A DNA stretch of 55,583 nt from the NCBI GenBank assembly GCA_041496385.1, contig JBGQEL010000020.1, forward strand, positions 1 to 55,583, given 5' to 3'. Source of the DNA: Candidatus Methylomirabilia bacterium. GTDB lineage: Bacteria > Methylomirabilota > Methylomirabilia > Rokubacteriales > CSP1-6. The translations under genes were made by a program, and so were the position numbers. The notes beneath the pieces are model-generated. The model saw only the letters and a list, made by a program, of their open reading frames with translations. It was not told the DNA's origin and did not search any database. Positions within the stretch are counted from its first letter, which is position 1, and every line of letters starts with the position of its first letter. Shown here one piece after another: positions 39,691 through 49,221 of this stretch.

Positions 39691-41256
39691 ATGAGAGCTC
39701 ACACCGTGCGAGGCGTGGTCGCGGGTGTGGCGGTCGCGGTGGCGCTGCTGATGGCCGGACCCGTACGGGCCCAGCCGGCGGGCACGCTGGTGGTTGGGCT
39801 CGTGGCCGAGCCGGTCAACCTCGATCCCGCGCAGGTCACGGACCTCAACTCGAATCGGGCCGGCCGCCGCATCGTGGAGACGCTCGTTACGTTTCCCGAC
39901 GAGAGCACGCAGGTGGTGCCGGGCCTCGCCGAGTCGTGGACCATCTCGAAGGACGGCCTGCAGTACACCTTCAAGCTCCGCCGCGGGATCACGTTCCACG
40001 ACGGTACGCCGCTCAACGCGGCGGCCGTGAAGTTCTCGATCGAGCGCCAGATCAACCCCGACCACCCGGCCGCGAAGCTCGGCAAGTACCCCTTCGCCAA
40101 CTATTTCTTCGGCAACGTCAAGGCCGTCGAGGTCCTGAGCGACGAGCGTGTGGCCTTCCTCCTGAAGGAGCCGCGCGCGTCCTTCCTGGCCATTCTCACC
40201 GCGGCCGCCGCCTCCATCGTGAGCCCGACCGCGGCGATGAAGTGGGGCCCCGACTACGCCAACAACCCCGTGGGCACCGGGCCCTTCAAGTTCGGTTCCT
40301 GGGAGCGCGGGCAGCGCGTGGTCCTCGAGAAGAATCCCACGTACTGGAAGGGGCCGGTCAAGTTCGACCGCGTCGTGTTCCGGCCGATCGTCGAAGACCA
40401 GGCGCGTCTCACGGAGCTGCTCACGGGTCAGCTCGACCTCATCGTCGGCGTGCCCGCGGACTTCGTCGGCCAGCTCGAGGGCAACCCCAAGGTCAGCGTG
40501 CTCAAGCAGACGGGCGTGCACGTCTGGTACCTGGGCATCAACAACCAGAAGAAGCCGCTCGACGACCGGCGCGTGCGCCAGGCGCTGAACTACGCGGTCG
40601 ACAAGGACGCCATCGTCCGCGACGTGCTGAAGGGGACGGGCACCCCGGCGCGCGGCCCCGTCATGCCCAACACGTGGGGCTCGGAGCCCGGTCTGAAGGC
40701 CTACCCCTACGACCCGGCGCGCGCCAGGAAGCTGCTCGCCGAGGCCGGCTACCCCAACGGGTTCTCGACCACCCTCTGGGTTCCGGAGTCCGGCTCCGGC
40801 ATGCAGGCGCCCGTGGCCATGTCCACCGTGATCCAGTCGAACCTCAAGGCCGTCGGCGTCAACGTGACCATGCAGACGATGGAGTGGGGTGCCTACCTCG
40901 CCAAGCTGCGCAGCAAGGAGCAGGAGCTGTTCGCGCTCTCCTGGATGGCCGGGATGGAAGACCCGGACATGGTGCTCTACCCGCTCCTGCACAGCTCGCA
41001 GTGGACGCCCAACGGCCCCAACCGCGCGCTCTACAAGAACGACAAGTTCGACGAGCTGCTCACGGAGGCGCGCCACACGACGGACCAGGCCAAGCGGGCG
41101 GCGCTCTATCGCCAGGCGCAGAAGCTCCTCGTCGAGGACGCGCCGTGGATCTTCATCGATCACGAGATCCAGATCGCGGCGCTCGCGCGGCGCGTCCAGG
41201 GGTTCAAGCTCCACCCGAGCTTCGACCTGCGTGTCGAGACCATCTCGCTGAAGTGA
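39691..41256 (+). CDS. ABC peptide/nickel transporter solute-binding protein (family 5, DppA-like)
   Basis: PGLAESW, YTFKLRRGITFHDG, PVGTGPF, RVRQALNYAVD. GGAGG RBS. Confidence 0.93.
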   Translation: MRAHTVRGVVAGVAVAVALLMAGPVRAQPAGTLVVGLVAEPVNLDPAQVTDLNSNRAGRRIVETLVTFPDESTQVVPGLAESWTISKDGLQYTFKLRRGITFHDGTPLNAAAVKFSIERQINPDHPAAKLGKYPFANYFFGNVKAVEVLSDERVAFLLKEPRASFLAILTAAAASIVSPTAAMKWGPDYANNPVGTGPFKFGSWERGQRVVLEKNPTYWKGPVKFDRVVFRPIVEDQARLTELLTGQLDLIVGVPADFVGQLEGNPKVSVLKQTGVHVWYLGINNQKKPLDDRRVRQALNYAVDKDAIVRDVLKGTGTPARGPVMPNTWGSEPGLKAYPYDPARARKLLAEAGYPNGFSTTLWVPESGSGMQAPVAMSTVIQSNLKAVGVNVTMQTMEWGAYLAKLRSKEQELFALSWMAGMEDPDMVLYPLLHSSQWTPNGPNRALYKNDKFDELLTEARHTTDQAKRAALYRQAQKLLVEDAPWIFIDHEIQIAALARRVQGFKLHPSFDLRVETISLK

Positions 41257-41272
41257 CCCGCGCGCCGCGGCG

Positions 41273-42223
41273 GTGAGGCGCTACGTCGCCGGGCGATTGC
41301 TGCTGCTCGTGCCCGTCCTGGCGGGCGTGTCGGTCGTCGTCTTCATGGTGCTCCATCTCTCGCCGGGCGATCCCGCCGAGATCATGCTCGGCTCGCAGGC
41401 GACGCAGGCGGATCTGACGCGCCTGCGGCAGGAGCTGGGCCTGAACGAGCCCCTCGGCGTGCAGTACGTCCGCTGGCTCGGCCACGTCCTGCGCGGCGAT
41501 CTCGGCCGCTCGCTCTGGACGAAGCGGCCGGTGCTCGTCGAGGTGGCCGGCCGGTTCCAGGCGACGCTCGTTCTCACCGGCACGGCGCTCCTGCTCTCGA
41601 CGGCCGTCGGTCTGGCGCTCGGCGTGTCGTCCGCGACGCGGCCCAACTCGTTGCTCGACCGGGCCAGCTCGGTCGCCTCGCTCTTCGGCGCGAGCATGCC
41701 CGTCTTCTGGCTCGGCATCATGCTCATGGTCGTCTTCTCGCTCTGGCTCGGCTGGCTGCCCGCCTCGGGCATGTGGGCGCCCTACGGGGGCGGCGGCCTC
41801 CGCGACCTCCTGAGCCACCTCGTCCTGCCCGCGGTGACGCTCGCCGCCGCCTCGACGACCATCATCGCCCGCCTCACGCGGGCGACGATGCTGGAGGTCC
41901 TCGGGCAGGACTACGTCCGGACGGCGCGGGCCAAGGGGCTGGTCGAGCGGGCGGTGGTGCTGCGCCACGGCCTGAAGAACGCGCTCATCCCGATCGTCAC
42001 CGTGGTCGGCGTGCAGGCCGGCTACCTGCTCGGCGGCGCGGTGCTCACGGAGACCGTCTTCGCCTGGCCGGGGGTGGGCACGCTGATGGTGCAGGGGATC
42101 CTCGCGCGCGACTTCCCGCTGGTGCAGGGCTGCGTGCTCGTCGTCGCGCTGAGCTTCGTCCTCATCAATCTCGCGGTGGACCTGCTCTACGCGTTCCTCG
42201 ACCCGCGCATCCACTATGCGTAA
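41273..42223 (+). CDS. ABC peptide transporter permease (DppB-like)
   Basis: PGDPA, GDLGRS, DYVRTARAKG, ETVFAWPGVG, DPRI. Confidence 0.93.
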   Translation: MRRYVAGRLLLLVPVLAGVSVVVFMVLHLSPGDPAEIMLGSQATQADLTRLRQELGLNEPLGVQYVRWLGHVLRGDLGRSLWTKRPVLVEVAGRFQATLVLTGTALLLSTAVGLALGVSSATRPNSLLDRASSVASLFGASMPVFWLGIMLMVVFSLWLGWLPASGMWAPYGGGGLRDLLSHLVLPAVTLAAASTTIIARLTRATMLEVLGQDYVRTARAKGLVERAVVLRHGLKNALIPIVTVVGVQAGYLLGGAVLTETVFAWPGVGTLMVQGILARDFPLVQGCVLVVALSFVLINLAVDLLYAFLDPRIHYA

Positions 42224-43043
42224 GGTGCTCGGCCGCAACCGCCTCGCCGTCCTGTCCATGCTCGCGCTCGCCGCCGCGGTGCTCGCGGCCGTCGCGGCGC
42301 CGTACCTGCCGCTGGCGGATCCGGACACCGTGAACACGCCGCACCGCCTCCAGCCGCCGCTGACCGCGGGCCACCTCCTCGGCACGGACGAGTTCGGGCG
42401 CGACCTGCTGGCGCGGCTCGTGTGGGGCGCGCGCGTCTCGCTGCTCGCGGGGGTCGCGAGCGCGGTCGCGTCGATGCTGGTCGGGGTGCTGCTCGGGGTC
42501 GTCGGCGGCTACTATCGCGGCTGGATCGAGGCGCTCGTCATGCGGCTCACGGACATCCTGATGGCGTTTCCCTACATCCTGCTCGCCGTCGCGATCGTCG
42601 CCGGGCTCGGGCCCGGCCTGCGGAACGCGATGATCGCGATCGCGATCGTCGGCTTTCCCGTCTACACGCGCCTCGTCCGGAGCGTGGTCCTCTCGATCCG
42701 CGAGCGCGAGTTCGTGGAGGCCGCGCGCGCGCTCGGCGTCGGCGACGCGCTGATCCTCGCGCGTCACGTCGTGCCTCACGTGATCTCGCCCGTGGTCGTC
42801 GCCTTCAGCCTTGACGTCGGCGTCAAGATCCTCGCGACGGCGGGCCTCTCCTTCCTCGGGCTCGGCACGCAGCCGCCCACCGCCGACTGGGGCAGCATGC
42901 TCGCGACCGGCCGGCAGTTCGTCGTGCTGAGCCCGCACGTCGTGCTCCTGCCCGGCCTGGCGATCTTCGTCGTCGTCCTCGCGCTGAACCTCGTCGGCGA
43001 CGCCCTGCGCGACCTGCTGGATCCCCGGACGCGCTCGGCGTGA
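42216..43043 (+). CDS. ABC peptide transporter permease (DppC-like)
   Basis: HLLGTDEFGRD, EFVEAARALG, LSFLGLG, GDALRDLLDP. Confidence 0.93.
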   Translation: MRKVLGRNRLAVLSMLALAAAVLAAVAAPYLPLADPDTVNTPHRLQPPLTAGHLLGTDEFGRDLLARLVWGARVSLLAGVASAVASMLVGVLLGVVGGYYRGWIEALVMRLTDILMAFPYILLAVAIVAGLGPGLRNAMIAIAIVGFPVYTRLVRSVVLSIREREFVEAARALGVGDALILARHVVPHVISPVVVAFSLDVGVKILATAGLSFLGLGTQPPTADWGSMLATGRQFVVLSPHVVLLPGLAIFVVVLALNLVGDALRDLLDPRTRSA

Positions 43044-43082
43044 CGGGCGTCTAGGACGCCGCGGTGAACCCCTCCCGGCGCG

Positions 43083-45374
43083 TCACGCTCTGACGGCGCG
43101 GAGCAGCGCGTGGAGCCGGGCGCTCGTCACCGGCGCCTCGCGGATCACGACGCCGAGGTCGGCGAGCGCGTCCTCGACCGCGTTGGCGATGGCCGCGGCG
43201 CCGGGAATCGCGCCGCTCTCGCCCACGCCCTTGACCCCGAGCGGGTTGATGGCCGACGGGTGCTCCTCGAGCGCCACCGGCAGCGACGGGAGCTGATCGG
43301 CCTTCGGGATCGCGTAGTCCATCAGGCTGCCCGTCAGGAGCTGCGCGTTCTCGTCGTACACGAGCTCCTCGCAGAGTCCCGCCCCGATCCCCTGGGCCGC
43401 GCCGCCCTGGAGCTGGCCCTCGACGATGGCGGGATTCACGGCGCGCCCGCTATCGTGGACGATCGCGTAGGCGAGCAGGCGCACGGCGCACGTCTCGACG
43501 TCCACCTCGACCGCGGCGGCCTGCGTGCCGAAGGCCCAGGTGACGGTGTCGGGGTAGAAGTAGGTGCAGGCGTTGAGCCCCGGCTCGCCCGTGGGCTTGA
43601 GCGCCTTCGACTTCACCGCCGCCTGGGCCAGGCGAGAGAGCGTGACGAAGCGGTCGGGCACGCCGGCCACGTGCGCGCGGCTCTCCGCGATGCGCACGTC
43701 CTCGGGCGCGCACTCGAGCAGCTCGGCCGCCACGCGCGCCGCGCGCTCCCTGACCTCGCGCGCCGTGCGCGCCACCGCGGGGCCCGCGTTTGCGGTCACG
43801 CGGCTGCCGCCGGTGCCCATGCCGTAGGGGAAGACGGCCGTGTCGCCCGCGCTCACGACGACGTCGTCGAACGCCGCGCCCAGCTCCTGCGCCGCGATCT
43901 GCGCGAGCGTCGTCGCGTGGCCCTGGCCCTGGGCGGCGACGCCGATCAGCACGTAGACCGTGCCGCCCGGGTCCACGCGCACCGTCGCGCCCTCGAACGG
44001 GCCGAGACCCGTGCCCTGCGCGTAGCAGGCGAGCCCCACGCCGATGCGGCGCCCCGTTCGTGCCTGCGCCTTCTGGCGTTTCCGCCACGCGTCGTAGTCG
44101 AGCAGCGCGAGCGCGCGCTCGAAGGCGCGCGGGAAATCGCCGGGGTCGTACGCGACCGCGACACCGTCCTTGTAGGTCAGCCCCGGACGGTAAGGCATCT
44201 CCTCGGGGCGCACCAGGTTGCGCCGGCGGAGCTCGGCCGGGTCGAGGCCGAGACGGCGCGCGGCGAGATCCATGAGACGCTCCATCACGAACACTGCCTC
44301 GGGGCGTCCGGCGCCGCGGTACGCGGCGTTGACCGTCTTGGTCGTGACGACGTTCGTGCCCGCGCCGCGGTAGGCGGGGACGCGGTAGGGGCCCGGCATG
44401 TGGTTCACGGTGTTCGCGCTGAGCCCGGAGCCCTCGGCCGGATAGGCGCCGACGTCGGCGAGGAACGTGTCCTCGAGCGCGACGATCCGGCCGTCCGCGG
44501 CGAGGCCGAGCCGTGCCTCGTGCACCTGGTCGCGATCGTGGCCGAGGCTCACGAAGTCCTCGCGGCGCGTCTCGGCCCACTTCACGGGGCGCCCGAGCCG
44601 GAGCGCCGCCGCGGCCACCAGCACCTCCTCGCTGTAGACCGAGCCCTTGGGGCCGAAGGCGCCGCCCACGTCGGGCAGCATCACGCGCACGCGCTCGGAA
44701 GCCAGCCCCAGGACCGAGGCGACGGCGTCGCGGACGCGATACGGGTTCTGGTGCGACGACCAGACGACGAGGCCGCCGCTTTCCGCGTCCGTGTAGGCGA
44801 GCGCGCCGCGCGTCTCGATGGGCACCGCGGAGAGCCGGGGGTGCCGGAGCCGCTCGTGGATGACGACGTCGGCCTTCGCCATCGCTTGCGCGGCGTCGCC
44901 CACGGCGCCCCGCACGTCCAGCGCCGCGTTGCCCGGCCAGCCCTCGTGCAGCCGCGTGCGGGTCCGCATCGCCTCCTCGACCGACGCGATGGGCGGCAGG
45001 GAGACGTACTCGATCTCGACCATCTCGAGCGCGTCGGCGACGCGGTACGCGCTGTCGGCCACGACGACCGCCAGCGGCTCGCCGACGTACCGCACGACGT
45101 CCCGCGCCAGGACGGGCTGGGCGAAGGGCCGGCTCGCCGTCCCGCCGGCCAGGGGCCGGGCGATCTCGGGGAGGTCGGCGGGGCTCCAGACGGCGAGGAC
45201 TCCGGGCAGCGCGCGCGCCCTCGCCGCCTGGATTTTCGCGATGCGCGCGTGGGCCTGGATGCTGCGGACCACGCCCATGTGGAGCATCCCGTCGCGCGCG
45301 AGGTCGTCCACGAAGCGGCCGGCGCCCGTGAGGAGCCGCCGGTCTTCCTTCCGGAGGGGCGAGGCGCCTATCAT
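43083..45374 (-). CDS. Xanthine dehydrogenase family molybdopterin-binding subunit (CoxL form II-like)
   Basis: RKEDRRLLTG, DVGGAFG, AYRGAGRPE, QGQGH, GQLQGG, KGVGE. Start placed at MIGASP because a -10 box lies 9 nt upstream. Confidence 0.9.
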   Translation of the reverse strand: MIGASPLRKEDRRLLTGAGRFVDDLARDGMLHMGVVRSIQAHARIAKIQAARARALPGVLAVWSPADLPEIARPLAGGTASRPFAQPVLARDVVRYVGEPLAVVVADSAYRVADALEMVEIEYVSLPPIASVEEAMRTRTRLHEGWPGNAALDVRGAVGDAAQAMAKADVVIHERLRHPRLSAVPIETRGALAYTDAESGGLVVWSSHQNPYRVRDAVASVLGLASERVRVMLPDVGGAFGPKGSVYSEEVLVAAAALRLGRPVKWAETRREDFVSLGHDRDQVHEARLGLAADGRIVALEDTFLADVGAYPAEGSGLSANTVNHMPGPYRVPAYRGAGTNVVTTKTVNAAYRGAGRPEAVFVMERLMDLAARRLGLDPAELRRRNLVRPEEMPYRPGLTYKDGVAVAYDPGDFPRAFERALALLDYDAWRKRQKAQARTGRRIGVGLACYAQGTGLGPFEGATVRVDPGGTVYVLIGVAAQGQGHATTLAQIAAQELGAAFDDVVVSAGDTAVFPYGMGTGGSRVTANAGPAVARTAREVRERAARVAAELLECAPEDVRIAESRAHVAGVPDRFVTLSRLAQAAVKSKALKPTGEPGLNACTYFYPDTVTWAFGTQAAAVEVDVETCAVRLLAYAIVHDSGRAVNPAIVEGQLQGGAAQGIGAGLCEELVYDENAQLLTGSLMDYAIPKADQLPSLPVALEEHPSAINPLGVKGVGESGAIPGAAAIANAVEDALADLGVVIREAPVTSARLHALLRAVRA

Positions 45375-45390
45375 GTCGGGGAGAGTGTAC

Positions 45391-45432
45391 ATGGTCAGGC
45401 TCTATCTCGTTCGCCACGGTCGTGCCCTCTGA
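45391..45432 (+). pseudogene. 13-codon relic of a histidine phosphatase (RHG motif) N-terminus
   Basis: MVRLYLVRHGRAL* with GGAG upstream. The stop overlaps the cyclase ATG (TGATG). Confidence 0.55.
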
Positions 45433-46976
45433 TGGACGCCCCGCGGGTCCGCGGCCGGATGCTCGCGGCCCAGCTGATCGCGCACCTCACCGGCGCGCTC
45501 CTGGCGTACTTCTACTTCGTCTTCGTCGACGACCAGGCGCTCCCGCGCTCGGAGAGCCTGAGCGCGGGCGCGATCGCGTTCTTCGTGGTGGGCTTCGGCT
45601 TCCTCGCCGCCCTCGGCTCGGCGTGGTCCATCCGCTTTGCGCGCGGGCTCGAGCGCCTGCCCGACGATACGATGTCGCCCGCGGAGAGGGACGAGGTGCG
45701 GCGCAGGGCGGTGCTGCTCCCGTACGTCACGGCGCTGATCGCTGTCGCCGGCTGGACGCTGGCCGGCCTCATGTGGGGGGTGCTCTGGCCCCTCCTGGCC
45801 GGCCACTTCAGCGTCGGCCGCGCGCTCCGGCAGATGTTCGGCATCACGTTCGTCGCGGGGCTCGTCACCACGGCCTTCGTGTTCTTCTCGTCGGAGCGCA
45901 TCTGGCGCCGAAGATTGCCGGCGTTCTTTCCCCAGGGCGACGTGAGCGCGGTGCCGGGCGTGGTGAGGCTCACGGTGCGGACGCGACTCTTGGTGATCTT
46001 CCTGATGCTGGGCACCGTCCCGCTCTCGCTGCTCGGCGTGATGGCCTACCGGCGGGCCGAGGCGTTGCTCGCGGCCGGCGCCGCGGCGGCGCCGCAGCTG
46101 ATCGGCAACATGCTCGTGACGATCGTTTTCATGGTCGTGGCCGGCGTGCTCTCGGCGATCGGACTCGCGGTCTTCGTCGCGGGCAGCGTGGCCGCGCCGC
46201 TGCGCGACCTGCAGGGCTCGATGGCCCGGGTGGCGGACGGCGACCTCGAGGCGCGCTGCCCCGTCGTCGGCAACGACGAGCTGGGCGCCGTCGCCGAGGG
46301 CTTCAACCGCATGGTCGGCGGTCTGCGCGAGCGCGAGCTCCTCAAGGAGACGTTCGGGAAGTACGTGAGCCCGGAGGTGCGCGACGAGATCCTCTCGGGC
46401 CGGCTGACGCTCGAGGGCCAGACGCGCGAGGTGACCATTCTCTTCGCCGACCTCCGCGACTTCACGCCGTGGGTGGAGGCGACGGCGCCGCAGGAGGTCG
46501 TGCGTGACCTCAACCACTACTTCACCGAGATGAACGAGGCGATCCGCGGCCAGCGCGGGCTCGTGCTGCAGTTCATCGGCGACGAGATCGAGGCCGTCTT
46601 CGGCGCGCCGGTGTCCGACCCCGCCCACGCCGGGAGCGCGGTCCGGGCCGCGCTCGAGATGCGCGCGCGCCTGGCGCGGCTGAACGCCGAGCGCGCGGGC
46701 GCGGGCAAGGTGCCCCTCCGCCACGGGATCGGGATCCACACCGGGCGCGTGCTCGCCGGGAACATCGGGGGCGGCGAGCGGCTCTCGTACGCGCTCGTCG
46801 GCGATCCCGTCAACCTCGCCTCGCGCATCCAGAGCCTCACGAAGGAGCTTGGCGCGGACGTCCTCGTGAGCGGCGCGACGGGCCGGCTGCTGGACGGGGC
46901 CTTCGCGCTGGCGCCGCTGCCCGCCGTGCGCGTGAAGGGCAGGACGGTCGAGGTCGAGGTCTACCGGCTCGCCTGA
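45432..46976 (+). CDS. Membrane class III adenylate/guanylate cyclase with HAMP domain
   Basis: About six TM helices, HAMP (DELGAVAEGFNRM), FGKYVS, LFADLRDFT, FIGD, GIGIHTG, GDPVNLASR. Confidence 0.92.
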   Translation: MDAPRVRGRMLAAQLIAHLTGALLAYFYFVFVDDQALPRSESLSAGAIAFFVVGFGFLAALGSAWSIRFARGLERLPDDTMSPAERDEVRRRAVLLPYVTALIAVAGWTLAGLMWGVLWPLLAGHFSVGRALRQMFGITFVAGLVTTAFVFFSSERIWRRRLPAFFPQGDVSAVPGVVRLTVRTRLLVIFLMLGTVPLSLLGVMAYRRAEALLAAGAAAAPQLIGNMLVTIVFMVVAGVLSAIGLAVFVAGSVAAPLRDLQGSMARVADGDLEARCPVVGNDELGAVAEGFNRMVGGLRERELLKETFGKYVSPEVRDEILSGRLTLEGQTREVTILFADLRDFTPWVEATAPQEVVRDLNHYFTEMNEAIRGQRGLVLQFIGDEIEAVFGAPVSDPAHAGSAVRAALEMRARLARLNAERAGAGKVPLRHGIGIHTGRVLAGNIGGGERLSYALVGDPVNLASRIQSLTKELGADVLVSGATGRLLDGAFALAPLPAVRVKGRTVEVEVYRLA

Positions 46977-48016
46977 TCCCAGACGACGGGCTCGGGCGTG
47001 AGTCGCACGCCGCAGCGCGCCTCGACCGTCTGCTGGAGGTGGGCGGCGAAGTCCAGCACGTCGCGGGCGCGCGCGCCCTCGTGGCAGACGAGCGCGAGGG
47101 CGTGACGCGTCGACAGCGCGACGGGGCCGTGATGGTGGCCGCGTGTGAAGCCCGCGCGCTCGATGAGCCAGGCGGCCGAGAGCTTCACGCGCCCGTCGGC
47201 CTGGGGCCAGCGCGGCATCGTCCGATCGCCCACGCGCCGCTCCGCCTCGGCGAGCTCGGACTCGGTGACGATCGGGTTGGTGAAGAAGGAGCCGCAGCTC
47301 CGGCGGTTCGGATCGCGCGGATCGTCGAGCACCATCGACTTCTGGCGGCGGATCGCGAGCACGCTCTCGCGCACGTCCGCCAGCGTCGGCGCCGAGACGC
47401 GCCGGGCCTCGAGGTGGCGCTCGACGTCGGCGTAGCGCACCGTCGGGAGCCCGGCGGGCTGCAGGCGGTAGCTCACGGAGAGGACGACCCAGCGCCCCGG
47501 CTCGACGCTCTTGAAGCGGCTGTCGCGGTAGGCGAAGCAGCAGTCGCGGTTGGCGAGCGTCGCGATCTCGCCGCTCTGCGCGTCGAGGGCGCGGACCTCG
47601 ACGAGGGTGTCGCTGACCTCCTGGCCGTAGGCGCCGACGTTCTGGATGGGCGTGGCGCCGACGAGCCCCGGAATCCCGCTCATGCACTCGAGGCCGGCCC
47701 AGCCCTGGACGACGGCCCGGCGGACCAGGTCGTCCCAAGGCTCGCCGGCCGCCGCGGTCACCTCCATGAGGCCGTCGACCTCGCGGCTGTACACGCCACG
47801 CAGGTCGATCTTCACGACGAGGGCGTCCACCCCGGCGTCGGCGACGACGAGGTTCGAGCCGCCGCCGAGGACCCGGAGCGGGACGTCGTGCGTCTTCGCC
47901 CAGTCGAGCGCGTCGAGCACCGCGTACTCGTCGTGGGCCTCGACGAACCAGCGCGCGGCGCCGCCGACGCCCAGTGTGGTGCGGGGCGCGAGCGGGACGT
48001 GCTCCTGCGGCGTCAC
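46961..48016 (-). CDS. murB: UDP-N-acetylmuramate dehydrogenase
   Basis: LGGGSN, GIPGLVGATPIQNVGAYG, FAYRDS, GSFFTNP, SAAWLIE, HAL, LTPEP. GTGA overlap with the upstream globin. Confidence 0.95.
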   Translation of the reverse strand: MTPQEHVPLAPRTTLGVGGAARWFVEAHDEYAVLDALDWAKTHDVPLRVLGGGSNLVVADAGVDALVVKIDLRGVYSREVDGLMEVTAAAGEPWDDLVRRAVVQGWAGLECMSGIPGLVGATPIQNVGAYGQEVSDTLVEVRALDAQSGEIATLANRDCCFAYRDSRFKSVEPGRWVVLSVSYRLQPAGLPTVRYADVERHLEARRVSAPTLADVRESVLAIRRQKSMVLDDPRDPNRRSCGSFFTNPIVTESELAEAERRVGDRTMPRWPQADGRVKLSAAWLIERAGFTRGHHHGPVALSTRHALALVCHEGARARDVLDFAAHLQQTVEARCGVRLTPEPVVWDQASR

Positions 48017-48549
48017 CGGCGCGACGGCGGGAGGTAGCCCAGGAGCAGCACAGCCAGATGGACGAGCAGGAGCTTGTTCCAGGCGCGGCTCGCCTCGAGC
48101 GCGGCGCGCGCGTCGCCCAGCTCGGCCTCGAAGAGCCCGGCGAGCGCGGTCTGCGCGAGGCTCATCGCGGCGACGATGAAGTGCGGCGGGATCACCCCAC
48201 CGGGGCCGTGGGTCCGGTGGCTGTGCGAGAGCCCGATCGCCAGGAGGTAGTAGGAGAACTCCTGGCTCACCGCGACCTCGGCCGTCTGGCGGAGCCAGCG
48301 GGCGAGGCTGTGCTTGCGGCGGGCGAGCCGCGCCGCGTCGGGCTCGCCGTCCTCGCCGAGGAAGAACTGCGCGCTGGCGGGGAACTTCAGGAAGTGCTCG
48401 TAGAGCGCGTCGGTGAACGCGGCCTCGTGGGCGAGCACGACGGGCGCGGTGCGGCGCACGACGGCGATCTCGTCCTCGTCGAGCCCGACGAACTCCATCA
48501 GCTCCCGGATGAACCGCGGCATGTCGGTCGCCGGGAGGTAGGCGCTCAC
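48013..48549 (-). CDS. Protoglobin/sensor-globin single-domain protein
   Basis: LMEFVGLDEDE, FTDALYEHFLKFP, IGLSH (likely proximal His), AWNKLL. Confidence 0.8.
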   Translation of the reverse strand: MSAYLPATDMPRFIRELMEFVGLDEDEIAVVRRTAPVVLAHEAAFTDALYEHFLKFPASAQFFLGEDGEPDAARLARRKHSLARWLRQTAEVAVSQEFSYYLLAIGLSHSHRTHGPGGVIPPHFIVAAMSLAQTALAGLFEAELGDARAALEASRAWNKLLLVHLAVLLLGYLPPSRR

Positions 48550-48569
48550 GCCAAGACTCTACAACACCG

Positions 48570-49208
48570 TCACGGCTGGAGCCGCGTCGCGGTCCACGGG
48601 CCGCCCTCGAACCCGCCGCGCGCGGGCGCCAGCGCGCGCGTCCAGACGGCCCGGTCGTGCGCACGCGCGGGCTGGCCGACCCACAGCTCGACGCGCTCGG
48701 CCCAGACCCGGTAGCCGCCCCAGCGCGGCGGCCGCCGGAACTCGCCGCCCCGCTCGGCGCGCTCGGCGATCTTCGCCAGGAACGCGGCGCGCGAGCCGAC
48801 GGGCCGGCTCTGCTCGCTCGCCGTCGCGGCGAGGCGCGCGTCGAGCGGTCGCGAGTTCCAGTAGGTGTCCGAGTCGGCGTCGGGCGTCAGCGTCACCGGC
48901 CCCTCGATCCGCGCCTGGCGCTCGAAGGCATCCCAGTGGAAGACCAGCGCGGCGCGCGGCGTCTTCGCGAGCGCGCGCCCCTTGGCGCTCTCGCGGTCGG
49001 TGTAGAAGACGAGCCAGCCGGCCCCCGGGTCGAAGCCGCGGCAGAGCACCATGCGCGCCGACGGCCGCCCGTCGGGCGCGACGGTCGCGAGCGCCATCGC
49101 GTTGGCATTCCGGATGGAACCGAACGCCTCCTGCATCCAGCCCTCGAGCAGCTCGAGCGGGCCCGGCGGGAGGGGATCGGGTAGCGGCGGCCGCCACTCC
49201 GGGCTCAC
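48570..49208 (-). CDS. pdxH: Pyridoxamine 5'-phosphate oxidase
   Basis: NAMALAT, PSARMVL, FYT, RQARIEG, SRP, ASEQS, WGGY, HDR, RLQP. Confidence 0.93.
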   Translation of the reverse strand: MSPEWRPPLPDPLPPGPLELLEGWMQEAFGSIRNANAMALATVAPDGRPSARMVLCRGFDPGAGWLVFYTDRESAKGRALAKTPRAALVFHWDAFERQARIEGPVTLTPDADSDTYWNSRPLDARLAATASEQSRPVGSRAAFLAKIAERAERGGEFRRPPRWGGYRVWAERVELWVGQPARAHDRAVWTRALAPARGGFEGGPWTATRLQP

Positions 49209-49221
49209 CGCGGCGCCGGGC

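Noticed and set aside
43083..45374. Aerobic CO dehydrogenase (coxL)
   Set aside because: Has AYRGAGR, not AYxCSFR, and no coxM/coxS or accessory genes are adjacent.
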